A program made the position numbers and the translations under genes. 64,000 nt of DNA from a virus, in the IMG/VR virus record IMGVR_UViG_3300013102_000005, positions 29,778-93,777 of that record. One strand, written 5' to 3'. Below the pieces are notes generated by a model. It did not search any database. It saw only the letters and a list, made by a program, of their open reading frames with translations, and was not told where the DNA came from. The first letter of the stretch is position 1. Each line of letters starts with the position of its first letter. This document shows, piece by piece, positions 48,591-57,565 of the stretch.

Positions 48591-49030
48591 ACAGTGATCC
48601 AGTTCGCGCTGGCCACTCGCCCGGAGCCCGAGCGAGTGGCTACCCTTTCGGACACTCAACGCTGGACCATGACCGAGACCTGCACCGATGATTGGGAGGG
48701 AGGCATAGGCGCCGGGGTTGGTTGCAGAGCCGCCAGGATCAGCAGGGCGATGATTTCAGGAATGTGTTTGCGCATCGGGGGCATCCAGTGGGTGAGTTCG
48801 CCGCCAATCGTGTTGTCACGACTCCAACGCTTCCACTTGGGGTTCTGCACGAAGGGGGTCACGACCATCTGAGGTGTCAAGGCTCGCTGGTCAAGAAGCC
48901 TAGGCCAATGCCCTGCCGTCTCCCGGCAGGGCATTGGCCTCTCCCGCAGTCCAAGATAGGCATCATCCAGTGCGCAGCAGAGCAGCAAGCCCAAATAGCC
49001 GCCGGTTCCGCCGGCCAGGAGTCTTGAAAC

Positions 49031-49342
49031 ATGGAAGAGTCGATTTTCGTGATCCACCGCGCCACGATCCTGCGGCAAGAACGCCTACAGGCCCTCGTGC
49101 TGCACCTCTACAACTCCAGTGAATGGGATTTCAACTTGGGCGACCAGTTGACCCAGTTGGACGCCGAGAACTTGGAGATCGCTATTGCGATGATGCGGTC
49201 CTATCACCAGCATGGCGAGAACGACCCAGATTTCTTGGACCTTGGCCGGAAGCTGGCTGACTACCGAATTGAACGTAGGCGCCAGTTCGACGCCGAGCTT
49301 GCCGCGCTGGACGAAGAGGCTCGACGCGACGCCCAGGAATAG
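49031..49342 (+). CDS. Hypothetical protein
   Basis: AGGAG RBS; LHLYN..W.F.L...LD.EN motif. Confidence 0.65.
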   Translation: MEESIFVIHRATILRQERLQALVLHLYNSSEWDFNLGDQLTQLDAENLEIAIAMMRSYHQHGENDPDFLDLGRKLADYRIERRRQFDAELAALDEEARRDAQE

Positions 49343-49398
49343 AACAGCCCGACGAGGGCACCCCGCCGGCGCCGCCGGCCTTGACGCGAGGTGACATC

Positions 49399-49620
49399 AT
49401 GAAAACCTGCACTGTGTACGGCGATATGCAAGCCGATCGAGCTTCCGAGCAATACCCGACGGTGAACCTCTGCGACGAATGCCACGCGCAAGAATTGGCA
49501 GCAGAGAAAGCCAACGGCGAATCAAACCTAGTGAGTACCGACTCGACCTATGACCCGGATCTAGGCGAATGCTCCAGCTGCGGCAAGACCGAGGAAGAGG
49601 AAAAGCTTGAGGTCTTCTGA
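49399..49620 (+). CDS. Small Cys-rich acidic protein
   Basis: GAGG RBS; CDEC...CSSC. Confidence 0.65.
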   Translation: MKTCTVYGDMQADRASEQYPTVNLCDECHAQELAAEKANGESNLVSTDSTYDPDLGECSSCGKTEEEEKLEVF

Positions 49621-49709
49621 CCTAGGCGCTCTGGATCAACTCCATGTCCGGGCCCTAGCCCGGCTGGAGCCTCCCACAACAGCGCTGTGGCCGAGTAACG
49701 ACCCTGCCG

Positions 49710-50120
49710 CTACCCGATCTTCGGCAGTGATTCAGTTAGGTCTGTAGGCGGCTTGGGCGGCGGCGTGAAGTAGTCGCCTTGGGTATGATCGGTTCGACCG
49801 GGGCTGCTCAAAGCCTTCGCCAGGGCGCTATCGGGATAGCGTGGGGGCAGATTAGGAGGGTTTAGGGACTTGAGGCCAAGTTGCTGGCGCAGCCGGGTGT
49901 TCTCGATGCTCAGCCTATGGACCCATTCGCGTAACCCATTGGCCGTGAGCTGGGCGTCCTCCACCTGGTAGGACAGCCGGCCGATGAGGGTATTCCGATT
50001 GGCCAGGGCGATGTGCAATCGCTCAACTTCGTCTGGCGACCCATAGCCCAACATGTCATTTTCCCCATTGGGTCGATCAAGCTGGGTATGGCAATAGAAC
50101 TGCGAATGGCAAGCGGGCAT
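49710..50120 (-). CDS. SOS-box-preceded coiled-coil protein
   Basis: AGGAGG RBS; LexA box directly upstream. Confidence 0.6.
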   Translation of the reverse strand: MPACHSQFYCHTQLDRPNGENDMLGYGSPDEVERLHIALANRNTLIGRLSYQVEDAQLTANGLREWVHRLSIENTRLRQQLGLKSLNPPNLPPRYPDSALAKALSSPGRTDHTQGDYFTPPPKPPTDLTESLPKIG

Positions 50121-50135
50121 GGCGAGGTCCTCCTA

Positions 50136-50155
50136 TACTGTTTATATGTCCAGTA
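50136..50155. promoter_or_regulatory. LexA (SOS) box
   Basis: TACTG-TTTATATGTC-CAGTA fits CTG-N10-CAG. Confidence 0.8.
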
Positions 50156-50382
50156 TTGAGGATGATAGTTCATCCCTGAGCCGCCATGAATAGACCGATC
50201 ACCAACCACCGCGCTTCGAACGCATGGCATCAAGGCTACGAGGCGTTCCTGGCGGGCCTGGGAGACCCCTGTCCCTACCCAGGCGACTCGCTGGCGGGGA
50301 TTGAGTGGAACGATGGCTGGAGCGTCGCTGAGCGCCGCCTACGCTTCTTGGAAGACGAGTGATCACACGAAAGGGAATTAGG

Positions 50383-50859
50383 ATGAGCGTTACCGCCTTC
50401 ACCGAACTGGCAAAAGAAATCCTAGCGGCAGTTACTCCAGAAGGGCTCGTGGCACCGGAACCACTCGAAAGTAAGGTGGCCGACCTCAAGGCCCAGGGGA
50501 AGCTGAGCCCATACCAGGAAAAATTCCTTTTGGGCATGATTCATCACGAAAAGATCCGCGCAGCAGCGAAGACGATGTTTGACTCCCGTGAGGCCAGTCA
50601 GAAGTCCAAAGACGCAGCGAAGAAGCTGATGAATACCCCGAGCGCAACCGCCGACGGGCCCATGCAGCTGTTCACCGCAGCAGAAATTGGGGACCTCGGT
50701 GATGAACAGTTCAAGCTGATCACGCTTAAAGCAATCGACAAGCTCAAAATACCCAGCCGGCCGGTCACACAAACAGCGCCAGCTGCGAAGGTCCAGGATG
50801 AATCCCCAGCGCCCCAGAACAAGAAAAACGACTCCACCAGCACCAGCAAGCCGAAATAA
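50383..50859 (+). CDS. Hypothetical protein
   Basis: 158-aa ORF before origin. Confidence 0.6.
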   Translation: MSVTAFTELAKEILAAVTPEGLVAPEPLESKVADLKAQGKLSPYQEKFLLGMIHHEKIRAAAKTMFDSREASQKSKDAAKKLMNTPSATADGPMQLFTAAEIGDLGDEQFKLITLKAIDKLKIPSRPVTQTAPAAKVQDESPAPQNKKNDSTSTSKPK

Positions 50860-50904
50860 GGGCATTTCGCCTAAATAGCCGAAATATGGACGCTCCAGGC
50901 ACCA

Positions 50905-51153
50905 GCACCAAATCTGTACGGCGCAAGCACCAAATTCCTCCGGTTGAAGCACCAAATTTGTACGGTCGAGACACCAAATGTGTACGGCTGAAACCCCTGG
51001 AAGCCGCGCCATTACTGGGCTGTAGAGGTCCGAAAGCTTTTAAAGTTAGTAAAGCTATAAAAGGGAAAACAGCCTGTGAATAACTTGAAAACCCAGCAGC
51101 AGCGCAGGTTTCAGGCCCAAAAAGCCCCGTTTTTCACCGTACAGAATTGGTGC
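50905..51153. repeat. Plasmid origin: four iterons, AT-rich tract, DnaA box, one inverted iteron
   Basis: RCACCAAATNNNNNCGG (three end TGTACGG) at 50905, 50927, 50949, 50971; TGTGAATAA at 51075-51083; inverted copy 51137-51153. Confidence 0.85.
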
Positions 51154-51161
51154 AATTTCCC

Positions 51162-52034
51162 ATGAGGCAGTACGTCCGCAAATCGAACACCCTGGTGACA
51201 GCGCCCTACACGCTATCGCTCCAGGAACAGCGGGTGCTGCTGTGCTGCCTGGCGCAGATACCCAAGGACGCGCCGGCCAGCGATGAGATCTTCTACACGG
51301 TCACCACGGCCGACATCATTCGCCTCTCCGGCATATCGGCCACCTCAGCCTACGCAGAGCTGAAACGCGCCGCCGAGGGCCTCAAGCGCAAGGAGGTACG
51401 TCTTACCGACGGTCCCCAAGGCGATCCGCTCGATGACGTGGTAATCACCAACTGGGCCCAGGCCATCAAGCTGTCGAAAAAGGGCGGCATTATCGGCATC
51501 CAGTTTCCCAAGGTACTGCTGCCCTACCTCTCGGAACTGAACAAACAGTTCACGTATTACGAGCTGGCTGACGTGCTCAAGATGAGCAGCACCTACTCGA
51601 TACGCCTCTACGAGCTGATGCGCCAATGGCGCGCCGCTGGCTCGGTTGAGATCCCCTTATCGGAGCTGCGGGTGATGTTCGAGCTCCAGGACAAATACCC
51701 GGAATACTACGAATTCAAGCGTCGCGTACTGGATCCTGCGCTCAAGGAGATCAACGACCTGTCGCCGATCAACGTGATGATGGAGCCGGTGAAAGCCGGC
51801 AAAAGCGTCGAGGGCCTGCTGTTCGACATCAGCCAGAAATCCAAGCCGGCCAAGCAAGAGCCAGAGCAACTGGGTTTTCTCGATCTGGGCGAGATCATCG
51901 TCCCACCGCCAAAGCGTCGGGGCCGCAAACGACTGGTGACAGAACAGCAGCTCAGCGAACTGGCCAGGCCAGGCGAGAGCCGGGAGGCAGCGATGCTGCG
52001 CCTGAACGTCCGCCTGCGTACAGCAGACGCATGA
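51162..52034 (+). CDS. repA: Rep_3 family plasmid replication initiator
   Basis: VRKSNTLV.A.Y.LSLQEQR...LPYLSEL..QFT.Y...SSTYSIRLYEL...FKRRVLDPALKEIN. Confidence 0.93.
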   Translation: MRQYVRKSNTLVTAPYTLSLQEQRVLLCCLAQIPKDAPASDEIFYTVTTADIIRLSGISATSAYAELKRAAEGLKRKEVRLTDGPQGDPLDDVVITNWAQAIKLSKKGGIIGIQFPKVLLPYLSELNKQFTYYELADVLKMSSTYSIRLYELMRQWRAAGSVEIPLSELRVMFELQDKYPEYYEFKRRVLDPALKEINDLSPINVMMEPVKAGKSVEGLLFDISQKSKPAKQEPEQLGFLDLGEIIVPPPKRRGRKRLVTEQQLSELARPGESREAAMLRLNVRLRTADA

Positions 52035-52155
52035 AGTCACCTGTATTACGGGTGATTTCTTGCATCATACGGATGATGTCACCCATAACTCTTCATTCGT
52101 CATGGGTCGTGGGTCTTCCGAATGACGTCACCTTTCATCTGTATGAAAGATGACT
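52031..52155. repeat. Third centromere-like array, downstream of repA
   Basis: ATGAAGTCA, ATGATGTCA, ATGACGTCA (52122) copies. Confidence 0.6.
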
Positions 52156-52265
52156 CCGCTCGGCGCCCTGGACAGTCCATCTGTCCAGCGAAATGTCGAA
52201 ATACTGGCGAAATAGCCAACTCGCGTAGTCGGCCTAGTTGACGTCCACTTTTTGCCTGATCAAGA

Positions 52266-52292
52266 GAAAGCCGCCCATGAGGCGGCTTTTTC
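52266..52292. terminator. Bidirectional rho-independent terminator
   Basis: AAAGCCGCC-CATGA-GGCGGCTTTTT between convergent genes. Confidence 0.85.
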
Positions 52293-52326
52293 ATGGAAGA
52301 ACGATATTCTCCCGTAGACGGCTATC

Positions 52327-52677
52327 CTAGCCGTTGCATGTCATGCCAGGCGCGGCCTCTAGCACATCTGCCACTTCTGGCGCCGTGCGGCTGCGAAATT
52401 CGGAGCGCAGACACAGATCCCGCATTTCGATCCGCAGGGTCTGGGTATCAGCAATCAGCTCGCCACGGTCACTCTGGCCATACGCCGCAACGTTCAGCCG
52501 GCCCAGGGCGCGGCGCGCCATCGACTGCCACGCTTGAACCTCATCCGTCCGCCAGGCCAGCATCGCCTCGCACCGATAGGCATTGCGCCGCAGTCGCTGA
52601 TTCTGGCGCATGCTCACCATCAGTAGCAGAGACATCAGCAGCAGGGCGACGAGCGCGACGGTGGTGGTGGTGATCAT
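52327..52677 (-). CDS. Membrane-anchored late protein
   Basis: N-terminal TM; own late promoter. Confidence 0.6.
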   Translation of the reverse strand: MITTTTVALVALLLMSLLLMVSMRQNQRLRRNAYRCEAMLAWRTDEVQAWQSMARRALGRLNVAAYGQSDRGELIADTQTLRIEMRDLCLRSEFRSRTAPEVADVLEAAPGMTCNG

Positions 52678-52708
52678 GGAGAGCCTCGGTAGGGGATGGT
52701 GTGCCACT

Positions 52709-52752
52709 ACGGTAGTGGCAGCCGAAGGGCCTACGGCGGGCGACTTTCCGAA
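52709..52752 (-). promoter_or_regulatory. Putative late promoter (TTCGGAAA-N30-TACCGT)
   Basis: Motif and spacing conserved. Confidence 0.7.
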
Positions 52753-53099
52753 GCCGGCGACACCATGCCCTGGGTCTGGATGCACCCGACGGTCGCGGCC
52801 TCCCACGCGAGCCCGTACTGCACGGCTTGCTCACGGTCGGCCATCAGGATGGCGCCGGCCTCCTTGTCGCTTGCGGGGTACTGCCCGCGCCCCCAGCGAT
52901 AGATCGGGCGGGGAGGGGCCTCTTTCACGCAGGGCTTGCTGACCACCACCTTCTGGGGAACGACATCGATCGGTTTGACCCCGCCGGGCTCCTGTACGGG
53001 CGAGCTGCACGCCGCGAGAGACGCGCCCAGGGCCAGGCTACATGCCAAGATCAGACCGCCGGATACGAACCGGCGGCGATAGTTGAAAGCGTCCCTCAT
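52731..53099 (-). CDS. Outer-membrane spanin (Rz1-like lipoprotein)
   Basis: Lipobox LAAC, Pro-rich, follows i-spanin. Confidence 0.75.
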   Translation of the reverse strand: MRDAFNYRRRFVSGGLILACSLALGASLAACSSPVQEPGGVKPIDVVPQKVVVSKPCVKEAPPRPIYRWGRGQYPASDKEAGAILMADREQAVQYGLAWEAATVGCIQTQGMVSPASESRPP

Positions 53100-53500
53100 G
53101 GCTGGGTCTCCCAGTTCTGGCTCATCATGTCGTGGAGGGTGGACTGGGCGTTGGCCAGCGCCCGCTCCAGGGCGGCGATGCGCACCTGACTCTGCTTGGC
53201 CTGGGAGCCGGCCTGCACCTTGGCCTGGGCCTGCTGCGCCTCGGCGCTGCGAGTTTTCTCCTCAGCCAAGTCAGCTGCGGCAGTTTGCTGGGCAACCGCC
53301 AGCTTGAGGTCGCCGACCTGACCGGTAAGGGTGCCCTTATCCAGCGCCAGGCGCGTCAACTGGGTCTGCTGATCGGCTACCTGGGTCAGGTAGTGGTTCG
53401 AGACGGCAAGGTCCGCCACCTTGTAGGCGGCAGCGGCGACAACCACCAAGACCAGGGCAACGATCACCGCACGGGCGGCGACGGAGAGATCAGCGAGCAT
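53096..53500 (-). CDS. Inner-membrane spanin (Rz-like)
   Basis: N-terminal TM plus coiled coil in lysis block. Confidence 0.7.
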   Translation of the reverse strand: MLADLSVAARAVIVALVLVVVAAAAYKVADLAVSNHYLTQVADQQTQLTRLALDKGTLTGQVGDLKLAVAQQTAAADLAEEKTRSAEAQQAQAKVQAGSQAKQSQVRIAALERALANAQSTLHDMMSQNWETQP

Positions 53501-53963
53501 TGGCGACCACCTCAAATTTCAGCGGGGGATAGACGTTCTGCTCGTCACGGCCGACCCAGTTGGTCTGGTACTGCACCATGTTCTGGTAGGTGTAGATGCC
53601 CGGCAGCAGGTTCCTGGGCAGCTCGAAGCCGTAGAGCGTCTCGCGGCAGCCCTCCTTGAAGTGAGTGGCGCCCGAGGGGAGGGCGAACAGCACCCCCTCG
53701 GCACTGCGCAGTCCAGGGTAGAAGCCCAGCGCCACCTCTCTGGAGGTGCAGACCTGGCGCCTGATAACGACCACTTCGCCCACGTGAAACTGCTCGCGGG
53801 GCTGGCCGGTCAGGTCCTGGGTGCCAAGATTGCGCACCACGAAGGGGTCACTGCCGCTGACCAACATGACCACCACCACCAGGGCCATGCTGACCGCTGC
53901 GCAGAGGCAGAGCACTGGCCAGAAGACATAGGGAGGGACGAGACGGTTGATGTATTTGTTCAT
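53490..53963 (-). CDS. Single-TM lysis-region protein (possible antiholin)
   Basis: TM followed by beta-rich domain with two Cys. Confidence 0.55.
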   Translation of the reverse strand: MNKYINRLVPPYVFWPVLCLCAAVSMALVVVVMLVSGSDPFVVRNLGTQDLTGQPREQFHVGEVVVIRRQVCTSREVALGFYPGLRSAEGVLFALPSGATHFKEGCRETLYGFELPRNLLPGIYTYQNMVQYQTNWVGRDEQNVYPPLKFEVVANAR

Positions 53964-54157
53964 GGGGATCCCTTAACGACTAGGGTGACCAGGGCGGTAA
54001 ATACGCCCGAGAGGATCAGGCCGGTGGCGCCGAACACCAGCAACTTGACGGGAAAGAATTGCTCCTTGGTGATGTAGCCCTTTTCCCGCTCTTCAATCGC
54101 CGTGAGCCGCAGCTCAATCAGCGCGAGGCGCACGGCCTCGTTTTGTGCGTCAGCCAT
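53960..54157 (-). CDS. Small holin-like membrane protein
   Basis: Coiled coil plus C-terminal TM, 65 aa. Confidence 0.55.
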   Translation of the reverse strand: MADAQNEAVRLALIELRLTAIEEREKGYITKEQFFPVKLLVFGATGLILSGVFTALVTLVVKGSP

Positions 54158-54911
54158 TGGGCGAGTCTCTGAAATAGGGTCGATATTTATGGCTGCGAAC
54201 GTCGAGGATGTTGGTGACATATTCGCGGTTGATCGCGAAAAATGACTTGCCATAGCCTGGCGATGGACGGCGTGCTTTCAGGCTATGTAGGGCGACGTGA
54301 CCATCCCAGCGAGAGGGATCGCACCCCCGCGTATTGGCGCAGAGTCGGCGATCCTGGAGCACGCCCGACTCGCCGCCGTTGTAGCCTGAAAAGGTAAAGC
54401 TCCAGCGGTCCCGGTCAGTGGCGGCGCCCTTCTGCCGCTGGTAGATGCCCTTGTCCATTTCCACCAGGGCGGTCAGCTGGTAGCGGCCGTCGTAGCGGTT
54501 CGCCCAGCCCCAGCCCTTGAGGGTGGGATAGGTGCTGGCCAATTCGGTGATCTTGTCGAAGCGGATCGAGCCGTCCGCGCGATAGGCTCGCGTGAACTGG
54601 CCCAGGCCGATGCCGTTCTCGCGCTTGGTCTTGAGCTCAGCGCGGGGGTTCCAGCACTTCGAGTGGGTCACCGTGATGCAGGATTCCTGCTCGATCTGGC
54701 CGGCCAGCACCTCCGGGGAGGGCGCGTCCGGCCAAATCAGGCGCTGCTGCTGGGCCAGAATGGGCAGCAGTGGCTTCGCGCCTGCCGGCACCTCGGCGGC
54801 ATGGGCAATCGTGGGCACGCACAGCATTACCGCCGCCACGCCCAGGATGCCGATCACCGCCAGCAGCGCCAGCAGGTAGTGGACCAGGGGCTGGACTAGG
54901 CGCGGACCCAT
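54150..54911 (-). CDS. Endolysin, SLT lytic transglycosylase with N-terminal TM
   Basis: GQIEQES...WNPRAEL...GLGQF...YNGG...INREYV. Confidence 0.88.
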   Translation of the reverse strand: MGPRLVQPLVHYLLALLAVIGILGVAAVMLCVPTIAHAAEVPAGAKPLLPILAQQQRLIWPDAPSPEVLAGQIEQESCITVTHSKCWNPRAELKTKRENGIGLGQFTRAYRADGSIRFDKITELASTYPTLKGWGWANRYDGRYQLTALVEMDKGIYQRQKGAATDRDRWSFTFSGYNGGESGVLQDRRLCANTRGCDPSRWDGHVALHSLKARRPSPGYGKSFFAINREYVTNILDVRSHKYRPYFRDSPNG

Positions 54912-55216
54912 AGCACCATCCCCAGGAAGACCAGGCCCACGAAGAGCACCAGCGCCGCCGCCAGCAGGCCGGCCGCCACGTTGCCCTGGCGGATCTCCGC
55001 GACCAGCCAGGCGATGGACACCTGGGGGAACATGATGCGGGTGATGATGATCGTGAGCCCCGCCAGCACCAGGGGCACCAGCACCCACTGGCCGATGGTC
55101 TGGGCCATGGCGGGATCGATGTAGATCAGTGCAATCGCCGCCGGCAGCATCAGCAGCCAGGCGCCTTGGTCGAAGAGGGAACGGATCAGGAGAAAGAGGT
55201 GCTTGAGATTGCCCAT
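54896..55216 (-). CDS. Putative holin (3 TM)
   Basis: Hydrophobic, overlaps endolysin start. Confidence 0.65.
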   Translation of the reverse strand: MGNLKHLFLLIRSLFDQGAWLLMLPAAIALIYIDPAMAQTIGQWVLVPLVLAGLTIIITRIMFPQVSIAWLVAEIRQGNVAAGLLAAALVLFVGLVFLGMVLWVRA

Positions 55217-55246
55217 GGAAGGCTCCGGCTCAGGTGATTTCGCCGG

Positions 55247-55290
55247 ATTGTGATGGCCGCGCGCTAGCACCCCGCGCGCGGCTTTCCGAA
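55247..55290 (-). promoter_or_regulatory. Putative late promoter (TTCGGAAA-N30-CACAAT) for lysis operon
   Basis: Motif and spacing conserved. Confidence 0.7.
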
Positions 55291-55294
55291 GCCC

Positions 55295-55585
55295 TCAGCG
55301 CCGGCGGGAGACGATCCTGGCCATGGTCTCGCCCAGGTTGCCGATGCTGGTGATGATGGCGTCCAGCCGGCCGGCCAGGGCGACCACATTCGCCGACTCC
55401 ACCCCCTTGCCGTCCTGCCAGACCTTGAAGGCCTGGGACTCCATCAGGCGATCGCCTTCGGACAATGGGATGCGGCTGGCCACGTCGAACGGCTGGCCGA
55501 AGTGCAGCATCAGCTCAGCGCGGCGGTTAATCAACGACCGCAAGTAGCCGGGCAATGATTCCTTCGAACAGGTTGGATAATGGAA
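55295..55585 (-). CDS. C-terminal extension of tail/baseplate chaperone (probable frameshift product, or ATG start at 55510)
   Basis: Open +1 frame overlapping the end of 55527..56318. Confidence 0.5.
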   Translation of the reverse strand, partial: FHYPTCSKESLPGYLRSLINRRAELMLHFGQPFDVASRIPLSEGDRLMESQAFKVWQDGKGVESANVVALAGRLDAIITSIGNLGETMARIVSRRR

Positions 55586-56318
55586 ATCGCGCCGGGCCCA
55601 CGCCCGGCACCTCCGATACCAGTACCGGCCCCTGATCGTTGAAGTTGATGCGCACCAGGTGCTGCTGCTGCTCGCAGCCCAGCAGGAAGGCCCGCAGCAT
55701 GTCGGAGAGGTCGCTTTGGGCGAAGCGCTTGAAGACCTCGACGCGGCGAAACACCCACTCGTCCACCTGGGCATCAGGCAGCGTTTCGAGCGGATCGGTG
55801 GGTAGCTTGCTGTCGCGCAAGAATCCCGCCTCGGTCTCATCGGTGGCCACCAGCTGGCAAGCCAGGGCGCCGGAAATCCAGCCAGCCTGCTTGCCCGGAA
55901 TACGGCGCCCGAGAATTAGCCGCTCGATCGCCTCGGCGTGCATGCCCAGCAGCGGCCGCAGGGTCCACTCATCGCCGGCGATGGGGCCCAGTGGGATGTC
56001 CTCGGCCGTTCGCACCGACTGGTGCAGGTACTGGGAGAACCGCGCACTCTCGCCCACCTGAAAATCGAACTCGGGGTAGGTGTGGGCGATGTAGTGGGCC
56101 TGCACCGCGTGGCGCTCCTGCACCGTCCACTGGCGGGGGTCGGTGACGGTCCCCTCACGGATCGGGTCAGGATGGCGAACCACCATGCGGAGGAACGTGG
56201 TCAGGCGTGCCTCATAAAGGCTCGGCGACCACTGGGCCAGGTCGATAGCGTTGCCATAGTCGAGCTCGGCGATATCGACGTTGATCCTGGGCGTGCGATA
56301 GGGGGTAAATCGGCGCAT
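55527..56318 (-). CDS. P1-like baseplate hub/tail assembly chaperone
   Basis: DPRQWTVQER, WTLRPLLG..AEAIE resemble a P1 morphogenesis protein. Confidence 0.65.
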   Translation of the reverse strand: MRRFTPYRTPRINVDIAELDYGNAIDLAQWSPSLYEARLTTFLRMVVRHPDPIREGTVTDPRQWTVQERHAVQAHYIAHTYPEFDFQVGESARFSQYLHQSVRTAEDIPLGPIAGDEWTLRPLLGMHAEAIERLILGRRIPGKQAGWISGALACQLVATDETEAGFLRDSKLPTDPLETLPDAQVDEWVFRRVEVFKRFAQSDLSDMLRAFLLGCEQQQHLVRINFNDQGPVLVSEVPGVGPARFPLSNLFEGIIARLLAVVD

Positions 56319-56325
56319 GGCGGGC

Positions 56326-57003
56326 CTACACGAGGTTGGTGAAGGTGTCGAACTGGACGAAGGACAGTTGCAGCTCCTGCATGCCGTCCTGGCGGCGCGA
56401 GCCCTCGTATTCGATGTTCTGCGGCCGCACCACGTAGCTCTCTACGAAGGCGCGGCCGGCGTTCTCGGACTTCTCGCTGATGAACGCATGGGTGATGGTG
56501 ATCCGCACCAGGTAGGAGAGCGGTAGGCCTACCGTCCCATCCCCTGGCGCCATCGCGCGCTTCAAGGTCTTGAACCAGGTCTTCACCGAACCGCCGACAT
56601 CGTCCATCGTCGTCAGGCGCAGCTGGACGGCTTCCACGCCATCCACCCGGTCGAAGCTGCCGGCGCCGACCGCCACCGACTCACCGCGCACGGTGAAGGG
56701 GGACACCCCGAAGTCCACGATGAACATGTTCATCGCCGGGGCGGTGCCGGTTTGCAGGTTGGTGACGTTGACGTGGTAGAGATTGGCCTTGGCCCGGTCG
56801 ATGGACATGAACTCATCGGCCATCGACCGCCAGTTCTTCTCGGACAGGCCGCCGAAAAGGGCCCGGTCGCCGGCGCGCACCGAGCTCGTGAGCTTCTGGC
56901 TGATCAGGTCGGTCCCGAACTTGATCAGCGGCGAGGCCTGGCCGAGGGCGGTCAGGTAATTCTGCCCCACCTGGTTAGCGAGCCGGCTAAAGATGCTACT
57001 CAA
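56326..57003 (-). CDS. P1 Tub-like tail tube initiator
   Basis: MFIVD...TWFK......DGTVGLP.SYLVRI. Confidence 0.7.
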   Translation of the reverse strand: MSSIFSRLANQVGQNYLTALGQASPLIKFGTDLISQKLTSSVRAGDRALFGGLSEKNWRSMADEFMSIDRAKANLYHVNVTNLQTGTAPAMNMFIVDFGVSPFTVRGESVAVGAGSFDRVDGVEAVQLRLTTMDDVGGSVKTWFKTLKRAMAPGDGTVGLPLSYLVRITITHAFISEKSENAGRAFVESYVVRPQNIEYEGSRRQDGMQELQLSFVQFDTFTNLV

Positions 57004-57565
57004 TCGTGATCACCTCGAACCGGTATGCCAGGCGCTCCATGCGCTCCTCGACCTGGCCAATCTCGACCTGGATCTCACCGGTGGTGCGCCCGTAGATCTC
57101 GGCGCCCATGCCGCGAGACGATTCCAGCGCGGTGGCATTCTCGAGTTCGATGTAGAGGCGAAAGAGCGGCCAAATCAGCGCGTATTCACTGGGCGTCAGG
57201 TCGAAGTCCTGGCTACCGGAGAAACCGTTGGTGGCGTCGATGGGGGTATGCACCTCGGTGCCCGGCGCTGGCCACTGGGACACCTGGGGCTCCGGATCGC
57301 ACCGGTCCTCGACGCCCTTGAGCGCGTAGCTCAGGAAGTCGGTGACCGGAACAATCACGGGCGGCGGAAGGGCACGATGAGCCGCCTCCGCCACGCGCTC
57401 CTGCGCCTGGAGCTGTTCAAAGGCGCTGGGCGCGTGCACGAGCGTGGCATAGCCGCAGTAGAACCGAATGGCATTCTTGAGGTGGCGGGTGACCTGCCCC
57501 TCCGTCAGCACGTTGCCCAGGGGCAACTCGGCCAGATACGCGGCGACCAGCTCGGAGCAACGCAT
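56996..57565 (-). CDS. Putative head-tail adaptor/virion protein
   Basis: Within structural operon. Confidence 0.55.
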   Translation of the reverse strand: MRCSELVAAYLAELPLGNVLTEGQVTRHLKNAIRFYCGYATLVHAPSAFEQLQAQERVAEAAHRALPPPVIVPVTDFLSYALKGVEDRCDPEPQVSQWPAPGTEVHTPIDATNGFSGSQDFDLTPSEYALIWPLFRLYIELENATALESSRGMGAEIYGRTTGEIQVEIGQVEERMERLAYRFEVITIE

